From assembly GCA_038087875.1 (NCBI GenBank), contig CM075995.1:2296001-2360000 (forward strand): a stretch of 64,000 bases of DNA. The letters are read 5' to 3'. Below the pieces are notes generated by a model. The model was not told the origin of the DNA. It did not search any database and worked only from the letters and a program-made list of their open reading frames with translations. Positions 38,243 through 51,440 of the stretch are shown here, in pieces. This DNA comes from Malacoraja senta. Lineage: Eukaryota. Position 1 is the stretch's first letter, and each line of letters starts with the position of its first letter. The position numbers and the translations under genes were made by a program.

Positions 38243-38572
38243 AGGGCGGCTCGGTGGCGCAGTGATAGAGTTGCTGCCTCACAGCACCATAGTCCCGGGT
38301 TCGATCTTGACCACGAGTGCTGTCTGTACGGAGTTTGTACGTTCTCCCCGTGACCTGCGTGTGTTTTCTCCGAGATCTTTGGTTTCCTCCCACACTCCAA
38401 AGACGTACAGGTTTGTAGGTCAATCGGTTTGGTATAAAATGTTTAAAAAATTGTCCCTAGCGTGTGTAGGATAGTGTTAATGTGTGGGGATCGCTGGTCG
38501 GTGCGGACTTGGTGTGCCGAAGGGCCTGTTTACGCACTGTATCTCTAAACTAAACTAAACTGAACTAAACTA
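38243..38572 (+). mobile_element. tRNA-derived V-SINE (HE1-like)
   Basis: A/B boxes, V-domain and (taaac)n tail. Confidence 0.85.
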
Positions 38573-38626
38573 AAGAATAAAGTATAAGAAGGAACTGCTT
38601 ATCTGTGGGATCATGGTCCAAGAATA

Positions 38627-39137
38627 AAGGGCCTGTCCCACTTGGGCGACCTAATCCGCGAGTTCTGGCGAGTTTGCCATGAGGTCGTAGGAGGTCTTCG
38701 TAACTCTCCTTCATGCTCGAGGGTGGTCTCCGCGTACTCGAGGCCTCAGCTAGGTCGCGGCGTTTTTTTCAATATGTTAAAAAATGTCCGCGAGTAAAAA
38801 AAGGTCGCCATGGAAAAAATCGATACTTTTTTTACTCGTAGGTTTAGTCGTAGTAGGTCGTAGTAGGTCGGCATGTTAGTCGTAGGTAATCGAGGGTAGT
38901 CGAAGGTAGTCGAAGGTAGTCGTAAATAGTCTTCATCATAGTCGAAGGGAGGTCGAAGGGAGGTCAAAGGAGATCGAAGGAGGTCGTCTTCACTCTCCAC
39001 TATTCGGTGTCCAATTTTCTGAAGTTAGTTGTAGTTAGTCCAAACTGGTCTTCAACATAGTTGAAGGAGGTTGAAGGAGGTCTTCAACATGTAACTTTTT
39101 CAAACTCTTCTAAATTCGCCAATTAGGTCACCCTAGT
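38627..39137. mobile_element. PIF/Harbinger-type MITE, right TIR eroded
   Basis: taa|agggcctgtcccacttgggcgacctaat ... attaggtcaccctagt; internal gtcgaagg/gtcgtagg repeats. Confidence 0.65.
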
Positions 39138-39280
39138 TGGAGGAGGTGTCTGAGAGTTGCCTGGTGGAGGTCAGTGCGTCATACTCCCACGGCACCTCCC
39201 TTGTCGGCGGGTTTGATGATAATGTTGGGGTTGCTGCAGAGTGAGCGGGCGGCTGTACGTTCAGAGGGGGAGAGATTAGA
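39138..39280 (-). mobile_element. Internal PLE fragment (pre-RT region)
   Basis: Minus strand reads SNLSPSERTA...IIKPADKGGAV, homologous to ~8460-8615. Confidence 0.8.
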
Positions 39281-39872
39281 TCAGGTAAGGGGAATGTTCA
39301 TCCCAGTCTGAAGAAAGGTCTTGACCCGAAACGTCACCCCTTCCTTCTCTCCAGAGATGCTGCCTGTCCCGCTGAGTGAGTCCAGCATTTTGTGTCTATG
39401 CCAGGAATAAGGGATGTGTTCAGGAGAGGCCTGGAGAAGTTGAGAATGTTCTTCTTCAATCAAAGAAGGTGGACAAGACATAAGAGAGTGATCAACAAAA
39501 GAAGAGCTCAAAATGAATAAATGAAAAGAAATTTCTGTTGGGTTAAAGAGTCAAGAATAGGAGGTCACTGGCCAAATATTCATTGGATTCTCTGCAGTTT
39601 AGTTTAGTTTAGAGATACAGTGCAGAAACAGACACTTCACCACCGAGTCCACACCAACCTGCAATCCCTGCACACTAACACTATCCAACACGCATACTAG
39701 GGACAATTTACAATTTTACCAAAGCCAATTAACCTTCAAACCTGTACGTCATTAGAGTGTAGGAGGGAACCTGAGCACCCGGAAAAAACCCACGCAGTCA
39801 GGGGGAGATCATACAAACTCTGTACAGACAGCACCAGTAGTCATCGTCGAACTGGGTCACTGGCGCTGTAAG

Positions 39873-40909
39873 TAGCAATGTCACAAAATGTTGAGATTTT
39901 AAAAATCAAGTCTGTAATTTATCCCATCAGATAAAGCATAAAAAGACGTTTAATTTGACACCTTATTCACTTTCATATCTTCAGTATTAAAAAAGTTATG
40001 GCCATTTTCATACTCGGAAATTAGCATCTTGTTCCCTATTGCTTTCCCATTGACTGAACACAAAAGCTGTGATCGAGGACAGTCAAAAGCCCATAATTTT
40101 CTTAAAAATTAAGAGAACTGAAAGAAATTTTCAGTTATTATAGATTGAAGCAAATATGAAACAATCTTACTTAGATGACATGAAATTAAAGCATATAATT
40201 AGTTAGTTACCTAATTGTAGCTAATTACAAAATTCAATTACTAGATCTAAACATCTATCAATTTCTTAAGAATAGATTAACATTTTTAAATAGCCTAAGT
40301 GTCCAAATAACATTCACACAAGAATTTACAATATAACATAATTTTTAAATCTCATTGTCATGGATTTATAGGCCAAATTGAAGGAATGTAATGTTTAATA
40401 CCTGTAAATTAATGCCCATTTAAATCATCTTGCGAGTGGGTTTTTCTGGAACGCGATCATTTGGAACGTTGCGGTTGCGGTGAATTTAAACCCGTATTGG
40501 CATGAAAAATACTGCCGGTTCGTTCAGGGAAAAAATCACCGTTTCGCAACTTAAAATGTGAATTAAAGGCATCTTAAGGAGCACTTTTATACATAAAATA
40601 AACGGCTTTCGTTTACCTGTCCCATGCGTGAAATCCGTCCCCGTTGTCGGCGTTGACGGCTTTAGAATTGACTGATTTTAAAATTGCTCCAGCGCTGAAA
40701 TTGTCGGGCGAATAAAAAAATAATAAACAGAACGCCCGTCGGAACGATTCTTCAGCAAAAGCTTGCACTCCAACGAAATATAATCCAGGACAAGCTAGGA
40801 GAAACCCATGTTTTAACCCCCGCCCCCCCCCCTCAAAGGCGCCAAAATTGCGCACACGGCCAGTGGCAGAATTGCAGCGCCGCTGAAGGTAAGTATTGTA
40901 ACATACCTA
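39873..40909. mobile_element. Second copy of the TAG...CTA DNA transposon (1037 bp), inserted in a V-SINE
   Basis: Colinear with 36126-37165; TSD ctgtaag at 39866-39872 and 40910-40916; removing it restores the SINE sequence gcgctgtaaggcagcaactc. Confidence 0.88.
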
Positions 40910-41224
40910 CTGTAAGGCAGCAACTCTGCTGCGCTACCGTGCGTCACCATGCCGCCATGTTCTGGAGATGGGTTGGAGGAGTTGAGATTGCTCTTCCTCA
41001 AGCTAAGGAGGTTGGCAGGAATAGGAGAGTGGTAAAAAAAAAACAAAGAGCTCAAACAGAATAAATGACAAGAAAGTTTCTGATGGTTAAGGGGTCAAGA
41101 AGGTGAAAGAACCAATAGAGGTGTACAACACAGACCCTCTGGAAGGTGACTCCGGACTGTCAAAGCCACCACAGCCAGACATAAAATCAACTTATTTTCC
41201 ACGAGTAGTAGCTCTATTCAATAA

Positions 41225-41424
41225 NNNNNNNNNNNNNNNNNNNNNNNNNNNNNNNNNNNNNNNNNNNNNNNNNNNNNNNNNNNNNNNNNNNNNNNNNNNN
41301 NNNNNNNNNNNNNNNNNNNNNNNNNNNNNNNNNNNNNNNNNNNNNNNNNNNNNNNNNNNNNNNNNNNNNNNNNNNNNNNNNNNNNNNNNNNNNNNNNNNN
41401 NNNNNNNNNNNNNNNNNNNNNNNN
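41225..41424. other. Assembly gap (200 N)
   Basis: N run. Confidence 1.
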
Positions 41425-41477
41425 AAGTCTGTAGCCTAATTTTATTTCATTCACATGTTTAAACTGCAAGGGTTAAA

Positions 41478-41961
41478 CTACAAGGTTAATTCCCGGGATG
41501 GCGGGAATGTCATATGCTGAGAGAATGGAGCAGCTGGGCTTGTACACTGAGTTTAGGATGAGAGGAGATCTCATTGCAACAGATAAGATTGTTAAGGGTT
41601 TGGACACGCTAGAGGCAGGAAATATGTTCCCGATGTTGGGGGAGTCCAGAACCAGGGGCCACAGTTTAAGAATAAGGAGTAAGCCATTTAGAACGGGGAT
41701 GAGGAAACACTTTTTCTCACAGAGAGTGGTGAGTCTGTGGAATTCTCTGCCTCAGAGAGCGGTGGAGACAGGTTCTCTGGATGCTTTCAAGAGAGAGCTA
41801 GATAGGGCTCTTAAAAATAGTGGAGTCAGTGGATATGGGGAGAAGGCAGGAACGGGGTACTGATTGGGGATGATCAGCCATGATCACATTGAATGGTGGT
41901 GCTGGCTCGAAGGGCCGAATGGCCTACTCCTGCACCTATTGTCTATTGTCTATTGTCTATT
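41478..41961 (+). mobile_element. CR1 LINE 3' fragment
   Basis: GMAGMSYAERMEQLGLY...SRTRGHSL...VVSLWNSLP plus (tctattg)n tail. Confidence 0.88.
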
Positions 41962-42868
41962 GTAATGCTTTATTATTAATGAGAAAGAGTACGATCATTT
42001 CTCTCACACTAATTAGAGTTTTCATGACTCAGTTTGGTAAATGCAGGCCAGTGGGACATGTTGGTCGGTGTGGGCAAGTTGGTCCGCAGAGCCAGTTTCC
42101 ACACTGTATGACTGTGACTCCATGTTTTTTTTCCGCTTGCACCAAATATCGTAACTGATAGATAGAAATGCTCAAAGAACAAAATAAAGGCTGTTTTTCA
42201 GGTCATTCCCAACAGGGCACTGGAGATTAATCTTCAGTTCCCGGAAGCTAGAGGTCAGTCCAGGAAATAGGTAAGCCCTGAGCTTTTGTTGGAGATGTGT
42301 TAGTTCAAGTTCAAGTTCACATTTATTGTCACATGCACTAATTAAGGTACAGTGATATTTGAGTTACCATATGGCCGTACAAGTAAGAAAAAGAACGCAA
42401 TACACAATAATTTTAACATAAACATCCACCACAGTGGAATCAACATTCCTCACTGTGAAGGAAGGCAATAACGTTCAGTTATCTTCCTCCTTTGTTCACC
42501 CGTGGTGGTCGGGGCCTTGAACCCTCAGCACTGCCTCTGCCGACGGCCTGATGTTAAAGCCCTCTCATCGGGATGATGGAGACTCTGGCGTCGGGACAGA
42601 ATGGAAACACTCCACGGCTTGGAGCTCCCGAGTCGGCCTTTTCTTATCTGCACGGTGTTAAAGTCCACAAGCCCCGTGGTCGGAGCACTTCCGCAGCGAT
42701 GAAGGTGAATTGGAAATACATCAGTGGTTTCAACATGATAGTGCCAGGATGCTGGGGTAGAAATGGATAAGCACAATCTAATTATCATGAATACTTTTAC
42801 ACACTTTTTAAAACATAGATTCAGATATTCAAACATTTCCACCGTTCCACCAATTATTCAAACTGAAT

Positions 42869-43635
42869 AGATTATTATCTAAATGGTGTCAAGTTGGGAA
42901 AAGGGGAAGTACAACAGGATCTGGGGGTCCTTGTTCATCAGTCAATGAAAGTAAGCATGCAGGTACAGCAGGCAGTGAAGAAAGCTAATGGCATGTTGGC
43001 CTTTATAACAAGAGGAGTTGAGTATAGGATCAAAGAGGCCCTTCTGCAGTTGTACAGGGCCCTAGTGAGACCATACCTGGAGTATTGTGTGCAGTTTTGG
43101 TCTCCAAATTTGAGGAAAGACATTCTTGCTATTGAGGGAGTGCAGCGTAGGTTCACAAGGTTAATTCCCGGGATGGCGGGACTGTCATATGCTGAGAGAA
43201 TGGAGCGGCTGGGCTTGTACACTCTGGAATTTAGAAGGATGAGAAACATCTTATTGAAACATATAAGATTATTAAGGGTTTGGACACGTTAGAGGCAGGA
43301 AACATGTTCCCGATGTTGGGGGAGTCCAGAACCAGGGGCCACAGTTTAAGAATAAGGGGTAAGCCATTTAGAACGGAGATGAGAAAACACTTTTTCACAC
43401 AGAGAGTTGTGAGTCTGTGGAATTCTCTGCCTCGATGGAGGCCGGTTCTCTGGATACTTTCAAGAGAGAGCTAGATAGGGCTCTTAAAGATAGCGGAGTC
43501 AGGGGATATGGGGAGAAGGCAGGAACGGGGTACTGATTGGGTATGATCAGCCATGATCACATTGAATGGCGGTGCTGGCTCGAGGGGCCGAATGGCCTAC
43601 TCCTGCACCTATTGTCTATTGTCTATTGTCTATTG
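42869..43635 (+). mobile_element. CR1 LINE 3' fragment
   Basis: DLGVLVH...KKANGMLAFITRG...VRPYLEYCVQFWSP plus tail. Confidence 0.9.
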
Positions 43636-44215
43636 AATAATGGTTTTCCAGTTATTTCTGCCAAACTTTCTGTAAAAGATAAACGTTTAAAGATCTTTGA
43701 AAAAGATCAAAAATGTGGAGAGCCTGGCCAGCAATCCTCTGTCCAGCCACCTACAATCTTTGTGTCTGCTCATGAGAGTGCAGGCGGACAGTGGGATGTA
43801 GAGGAACAGCTCCACATGGCTTAACTATTTTTATTTAACCAGAGGTATAAGCCTCGTCAAATAAAAATACCTTAAAAAGAGGAAAAACAAAACAAATAAG
43901 TGGTTACCCACACGTTGCAATAAAGCAGCAGTCGCATAATATTCAGGGAAGATGTGCCAGGAGAGTTGATTTTGACCGAATGATTGTATGATGTGGAGGA
44001 AGGAACTGCAGGTGCTGGTTTACGACAACGATAGACACAAAAAAGCTGGTGCAACTCAGCGGGTCAGGCGGCATGTGTAGGAAAGAACTGCAGATGCTGA
44101 TTTAAATCGAAGGTAGACACAAAATGCTGAGATAACTCAGTGGGACAGGCAGCATCTCTGGAGAGAAGGAATGGGTGACGTTTCGGGTCGAAAGTCTGAC
44201 TCAAGTTCGGATCGA

Positions 44216-44251
44216 GAGTCTGAAGAAGGGTCTCGACCCGAAACGTCACTC
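44216..44251 (+). ncRNA. Best-preserved minimal type I hammerhead ribozyme motif
   Basis: GAGT-CTGAAGA-A-GGGT(CTCG)ACCC-GAAA-C-GTC-ACTC: 4-bp stem I GAGU/ACUC, stem II, palindromic ACGU stem III; predicted cleavage after C44247. Confidence 0.72.
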
Positions 44252-44794
44252 ATTCCTTCTCTCCAGAGATGCTGCCCGTCTCGCTGAGTTACTCCAGCAT
44301 TTTGTGTCTATGGTTGTATGATGTGGCAACCAAGGTAATGACCTGTGGTTGTGTTTGATGCAAGCCCCTTTCCGCTACACTTCCCTTACAACAGCCATTT
44401 TCCCTTACAAGCAATACAACAGCCATTTTCATTTTGTAACCTTGCCTTTAGTGATTGTCTCATGAGTCTACCACCTTGCTAATGACTAACAATATTAATT
44501 TGCACCTTAATGTGACAAACCATATCAATGTGCGTCCAACAATGATTTGTTTTGGATGATTTCAGCGTGATGTGCAATGGGATTAGATTTGGATTGCTCG
44601 TGTGAAAGCTGGTGGAAGTGTAAACTTGTTTGGTTTTCTGTTTTCTGTTGGGACTTGCTCAGTCTCTTTCTCATTCCTCATTCCTGCAGGCTGGATGAAG
44701 CAATTCACCTCATTAGACCCCCACCTCAATCTACAAACCGTCCAATTACAATTACAATTAACACTTAGATAGACACAAAAAGCTGGAGTAACTC

Positions 44795-46362
44795 AATAGA
44801 CAATAGACAATAGACAATAGACAATAGGTGCAGGAGTAGGCCATTCAGCCCTTCGAGCAAGCACCGCCATTCAATGTGATCATGGCTGATCATCCCCAAT
44901 CAGTACCCCGTTCCTGCCTTCTCCCCATATCCCCTGACTCTGCTATCTTTAAGAACCCTATCTATCTCTCTTTTGAAAGTATCCAGAGAACTGGCCTCCA
45001 CTGTCCTCTGAGGCAGAGAATTCCACAGATTCACAACTCCCTGTGAGAAAAAGTGTTTCCTCATCTCCGTTCTAAATGGCTTACCCCTTATTCTTAAATT
45101 ATGGCCCCTGGTTCTGACCTCCCCCAACATCGGGAACATGTTTCCTGCCTCAAGCATGTCCAAACCCTTAATAATCTTATATGTTTCAATAAGATTCCCT
45201 CTCATCCTTCTAAACTCCAGAGTATACAAGCCCAGCCGCTCCATTCTCTCAGCATATGATAGTCCCGCAATCCCGTGAATTAACCGTGTAAACCTACACT
45301 GCACCCCCTCAATAGCAAGAATGCCCTTCCTCAAATTAGGGGACCAAAACTGCACACAATGCTCCAAGTGTGGTCTCACTAGGGCCCTATACAACTGCAG
45401 AAGGACCTCTTTGCTCATATAATAATAATAATAATAAATTTTATTTGTGGGCGCCTATACAAAAGTCTCAAGGACACCTTACAGAGTTTAACAAAGAAAC
45501 AAATAATCGTGGTAAAATAAGTTATAAAGACATCACCAATACACAAATGAAAGACAGAATTCAATCCAAAGACACAAAAAAGAAAATCAGAAACACAATG
45601 TGAGGAGAGAGCAGAGGCAGCTAAACCGCGCCAGCGTCCACTGTCCCCTCCGACCGCCATCTTGGACACAGACTAACATAGACACAACACACAAAAATCA
45701 TCCCCCACAATGGTTACTACTGTGGGGGAAGGCACAATGTCCAGTCCCCAACCCCAGTTCACCCAAAGTCAGGCCTATTAAGGCCTCCGCTATCGCCTCT
45801 ACGGAGGCCCGATGTTCCTGGCCGTTCCTCACTGGGTGATGTTGCCCCGGCGTCGGGAGAGTCCTCTCAGCGGCTGGGCCACCTGGAACGGCCGCATTCC
45901 TCACCGGAGGCCGCAGCTACCGAAGCCGACAAGGCCGCGCCGGTTTGGAGCTCCAAGCCTCCCGATGTTAAAGTCGGCGCCGCCCGATCCTCTCCGCAGT
46001 CCCGCAGCCCGGAGGTGTTGACCTCGGCGGTCACAGCTGAGGACATATACTAAAGTTCTCTTGTTATAAAGGCCAACATGCCATTTGCTTTCTTAACTGC
46101 CTGCTGTACCTGCATGCTTACTTTCATTGACTGATGAACAAGGACCCCCAGATCCTGTTGTACTTCCCCTTTTCCCAACTTGACACCATTTAGATAGTAA
46201 TCTGCCTGCCTGTTTTTGCTACCAAAGTGGATAACCTCACAATTATCCACATTAAACTGCATCTGCCCACTCACCCTGCATGTTCATAGCATCTTCCTCA
46301 CACTGCCACCCAGCTTTGTGTCATCTGCAAATTTGCTATTGTTACTTTGAATCGCTTCATCT
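44795..46362 (-). mobile_element. CR1 LINE fragment interrupted by a GC-rich insert (~45416-46050)
   Basis: ORFs 44900-45418 and 46050-46274 are consecutive CR1 ORF2 segments. Confidence 0.85.
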
Positions 46363-47924
46363 AAACGGGTCAGACAGCATCTCTGGAGAAAAAGAATTAG
46401 GTGACGTTTCAGGTCGAGACCCTTTGAGTTACTCTAGCTTGTTGTGTCTATCTCTGGTTTAAACCGGCAGCTGCAGTTCCTTCCTATACAATTACCACTT
46501 ACTTGGTTGAGAACCATAGGGTTAATGGTAAGCATATAGCTCTTCGATATAAGCAGCTGCTAAATTAACATGTATTGCTAATTATGGTTAGAAACTACAA
46601 TGCATTGCTAATTGTGCTTTCCATAACACAGAATGATATAGCATTAGAGTCATAAGAGTCTCTGGAAACAGGTCCTTTGGCTCAACCTGCCCACACCGGC
46701 CAACATGTACCATCTACACTTGTCCCACCTGCCTGCGTTGGCCCATATATCACTCTAAACCAGGCCTATCCATATGGGTACCTGCCTAAATGTTTCTTAA
46801 ATGTTACGATAGTGCCTGCCTCAACTATCTCCTCCGGCAGCTCGTTCCATACACCCACCATTCATTGTGTGAAAAAGGTACACCTCAGGTTCCTATTAAA
46901 TCTTTCTCCCCTCACCTTAAAGCTATGTCCTCTGGTGCTCGATTCCCCTACTCTGGGCAAGAGGCTCTGTGCGTCTACCCGATCTATTCCTCCCATGATT
47001 TTGTACACCTCTAAAAGATCACCCCTCATCCTCCTGCAACACGACCTCCCAACTTCTATACTCAATACTCTGACTGATGAAGGCCAATGTGCCCAAAGCC
47101 TTTTTGACCACTTTGGCCTTCATCAGTCATGGAGAAGATAAAATACATACCAGAGACGTTTAGATAGCATAGAGATATTCAGGGAATTGATGAATATGGA
47201 TGATGTGCAGGCGGATAGGTGGTGGTCTTGGCATCATGTTCGGCATCGACATTGTGGGCTGAAGGACCTGTTCTTGTGCTGTATTGTTTTATCTAGAATT
47301 CGGTGGTTAATACTATCAGGAAAAAGTGAGCAGGATTAGCCACTTTATTTTGGACCAGAGAGGGGGTGGGGGTGACCTGCCTCGAGCCTTTGAGATTCTG
47401 GGATTTGCTGGATACGATTTCGAGAAGGGATACCTATAAAATAATCGGGACAGATTATTTTAGCCAAAGAGCGATTATAATGTGAAACTTGCTGCAAGAT
47501 GGTGCAGTGAGGGTCGGCACAGTGGCACAGCTGCTGGAGCTGTACAGCGCTGGAGACAAAGTTCGATCCTGACCAGGGGTGCTGTCTGTGTGGAGTTTGC
47601 ACCTTCTCCCTGTGACCTTGTGGGTTTCCTCCGGGTGATCCAGTTTCCTCCCACATCCCAAAGAAGTGCGGCTTTGTAAGTTAATTGGCCCTATGTAAAT
47701 TGCCCCGAATGTGTTGGAAGCAGAGGGTGAAGTAGGATAACATAGGATGAGTACGAACGGGTGACCGATGGCTGGTGGACCGAAGGAACTGTTCCCATGC
47801 TGTATCTCGAAACTAAACTGAAGTTCAATTGAATAGTGTAGATGCCTTTGAGGAAGAAAGCGCAAGAGAAAGTAAGGTGCAGAGGAATCTGTTGATGATA
47901 CAACCTAGAGCATTGGAGTATTTG

Positions 47925-48114
47925 AAGATAGACATAAAATGCTGGAGTAACTCAGCGGGACAGGCAGCATCTCTGGTTAAAAGGAATGGGTACTGTTTAG
48001 GTCGAGACCTTTCTTCAGACTGAAGGAGGGTCTCAACCCGAAAGGTCGCCCATTCCTTCTCTCCAGAGATGCTGCCTGTCCGGCTGAGTTACTCCAGCAC
48101 ATTGTGTCTATCTT
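47925..48114. repeat. Palindrome of two back-to-back hammerhead modules
   Basis: Centred on cttcagactgaag at ~48019. Confidence 0.8.
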
Positions 48115-50653
48115 TGGTATAAACGAGCATCTGCAGTTCCTTCCTTCCTTCACATGGGAGGATTTGAATCTGGTTAGCAAGTCCAAAAGTGGATAGGATT
48201 GTTGACAAATCTCAAGATTGCAGCTGGTTGTGGAGGCATCATGCAGTCAACACTTAAAGTATTAAAACTTAATCGAACGTTTACCACAAATTAAGCTGGC
48301 CAAATTATTTAATATGTCGTCATCACGGATTGCTGCAGTAAACAATAGAAACACCAACAGACATTTCTGTCAATAATTTTGATAAAATGACTTCTTATAT
48401 CTTTTTTTTTTAATATTTTAATCTGATAATCTTTGCATCCCTGACCAGAATAGTCAACAAATCTTAAGATAGACACATTCCGAAGAAGGGCCTCCACACA
48501 AAAGTCACCCATTCTTTCATTCCAGAGACGTTGCCTGTCCCGCTGATTTACTCCAGCATTTTAGGCAATAAACAATAGACAATAGACAATAGGTGCAGGA
48601 GTAGGCTATTCGGCCCTTCGAGCCAGCACCGCCATTCCATATGATCACGGCTGATCATCCACAATCAGTACCCCATTCCTGCCTTCTCGCCATATCTCCT
48701 GACTCCGGTATCTTTAAGAGCTCTATCTAACTCTCTCTTGAAAGCATCCAGAGAATTGGCCTCCACAGATTCACAACTCTCTGGGTGAAAAAGTTTTTCC
48801 TCATCTCCGTTCTAAATGGCCTCCCCCTAATTCTTAAACAGTGGCCGCTGGTTCTGGATTCCCCCAACATCGGGAACATGTTTCCTGCCTCTAGCGTGTC
48901 TTTGTGTCTATCTTCGGTGCTAACCGGTATCTGCAGTTCCTTCTTACACAGCAACCAGTTTTCCTTCCTACACATGAGTCAACAATCTGTTTTATTAGAG
49001 AGGGGTGGGCGCCTGGAACATGCTGTCAATGGTGGAAGCAGATACAATCGCATTTCAAAAGCTTTTGGATAGGCACGTGGACGTGCAGGGAGTGGAGGGA
49101 TATGTATCACGTGCAGTCAAATGAGATTAATTTAACTTGGCATCATGTTTCCATGTGCACATTGTGGGCCGAAGGACATTTTACTGAGCAGGACTGTTCT
49201 ATGTGAGTCTCATAATAATAAAAAGTACAGGAGCAAGTTTACACTTCCACCAGCTTTCACACGAGCAACTCAAATCTAATCCCATTGCACATCACGCTGA
49301 AATCATCCAAAACAAATCATTGTTGGACGCACATTGATATGGTTTGTCACATTAAGGTGCAAATTAATATTTTTAGTCATTAGCAAGGTGGTAGACTCAT
49401 GAGACAATCACTAAAGTCATGGTTACAAAATTAAATTGGCTGTTGTACTGCTTATATACACGAGATACAACCTGGAGCATTGGAGTATTTGATGATAGAC
49501 ACAAAATGCTGAAGTAACTCAGCGGGACAGGCAGCATCTCTGGAGAGAAGGAATGGGTGACGTTTTGGGTCGAGACCCTTCTTCAAACTGAAGGAGGGTC
49601 CCGAGCCAAAATGTCACCCATTCCTTCGTTTTGGGTCGAGACCCTTCTTCAAGCTGAAGGAGGGTCTCGAGCCGAAATGTCACCCTTTCCTTCTCTCCAG
49701 AGATGCTGCCTGTCTGGCTGAGTTACTCCAGCATTTTGTGTCTATCCTTCTTACACAGCAACTCGTTTTCCTTCCCACACACTAGCCAACAAATCTGTTT
49801 TGCTAGAGAGAGGTGGGTGCCTGGAACATGCTGCCAATGGTGGAGGCAGATTCAAAAGCTTTTAAAATGCTTTTGGATAGGCACATGGACATGCAGGGGG
49901 GAGTGGATGGATAAGAATCACATGCAGGCAGATGAGATTAGTTTAACCTGGCTTCATGTTTTCGCATGGACATAGTCGAATAGTGACCGGCTTGGAAAGA
50001 GTGGATGTGGTGAGGATGTTTCCACTTGTGAACTGTACACTGCAAGGGCCAGAAAGCGAGCGGGCAAGTTTATCTCTGACCCCTCTCACCCTGGCCACAA
50101 ACTCTTTGAATCACTTCCCTCTGGAAGGCGACTCCAGACTGTCAAAGCTGCCACAGCCAGACATAAAAACAGTTTTTATCCACGAGTAGTTGCTCTACTC
50201 ATCAGCCAAAAGTCTGTAGCCTCCCTTTGATCTGGTATCATGCTTGATCAATGGTGTTTTATCATTAATGTTTTATTATTATTAAGTTTTCTGAGTCATT
50301 CGTAACAGTCACTATATGTCATGTTGTTACTTGTGGGCGGAGCACCAAGGCAAATTCCTTGTATGTGAATACTTGGCCAATAAGCTTACTTACTTACTTA
50401 CTTACTTACTTTGTGGAAGAGTCTAGGACTAGACTCAGAATTGGCAGGAGATGAGAAGGAATGTCAGAGGGTGGTGAATCTGTGGAATTCTTTGTCACAG
50501 AAGGCTGTGGAGGCCGTCAATGGATATTTTAAAGGCAGAGATAGACAGGTTCTTGATTAGTACGGGTGATAGGGGAAATGGGGAGAAGGCAGGAGAATGG
50601 GTTTAGGAGGAAAAGATAGATCAGCCATGATTGCATGGGGGAGTAGACCACCT

Positions 50654-51440
50654 GGGGCGCCGTCGAGTATGGCTGCCCTGCCAGCAGCTGTTAGTCTTTT
50701 CACCCTTTTTATTTTTATTTTTAGTTAGTTGAAAGTGTTTGTTTTGGAGGTCTTTTAGTCTTTTTATGTGGGGGGTGGGGGGGGCGTGGGGGTTAAGGGG
50801 GAAACTATTTTCTCAGTACCTACCTGGTCGGAGTTGCGGCTTTTCTCCGAGCCGTATCTTCGCCCCTTCCTCGTGGCCTACGGGCAGACTGGAGCGGCGT
50901 TTTCCTGCCGGGACCGGCCAGGACTTCAGCTTCGGCGACGGCACAGCGCTGAAGCACCATCGCGGAGCAGACGATGCCTAACCCGGGTCGCCGTGCAGTA
51001 AGCTCCGGAGTGCTGTGACAGCCGGCACAAACATCGCGGAGCTGCGGTCTGTGGTCTGTGGTCTGCGGTCAGCGGTCTGCGGAGCTTCCAGCCGCGGGCG
51101 GCGCTGAGCTTTAAACACCGCGGAGCCTGGGATCTCACAACAAGGTCACCAGAGTCGGAGCATCGACCAGCGCGGCTCGTGGACGTCTGGAGCCGTGGTC
51201 TCCTGGGAGGTAGCGGCCGCTCCAGACACTCCGGGCCGCTGAGAGTGTTCACCCGACGCCGGAGCTTCATCATCCGGCGAGAGGGCCTGAGGCATCGGGC
51301 TGCCGTATTGGCGACTGCAGAGGCCTCAATAGGCCCCGACTATGGGTGAACTGGGGATGGGACTGGACTTTGCTGCCTTCCCCCACAGTGGGAACCATTG
51401 TGGGGGGATGTTTTTATGTTATTGTTAAATTCTTTAATGT
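50654..51440 (+). mobile_element. CpG-rich non-autonomous retroposon (same family as 34540-35378)
   Basis: Shared head and the block gcgactgcagaggcctcaataggccccgactatgggtg. Confidence 0.6.

Noticed and set aside
39400..41105. Similar ~150-bp segments at ~39420-39560 and ~40965-41103
   Set aside because: Both look like diverged CR1-type 3' fragments; a local duplication cannot be distinguished from independent insertions
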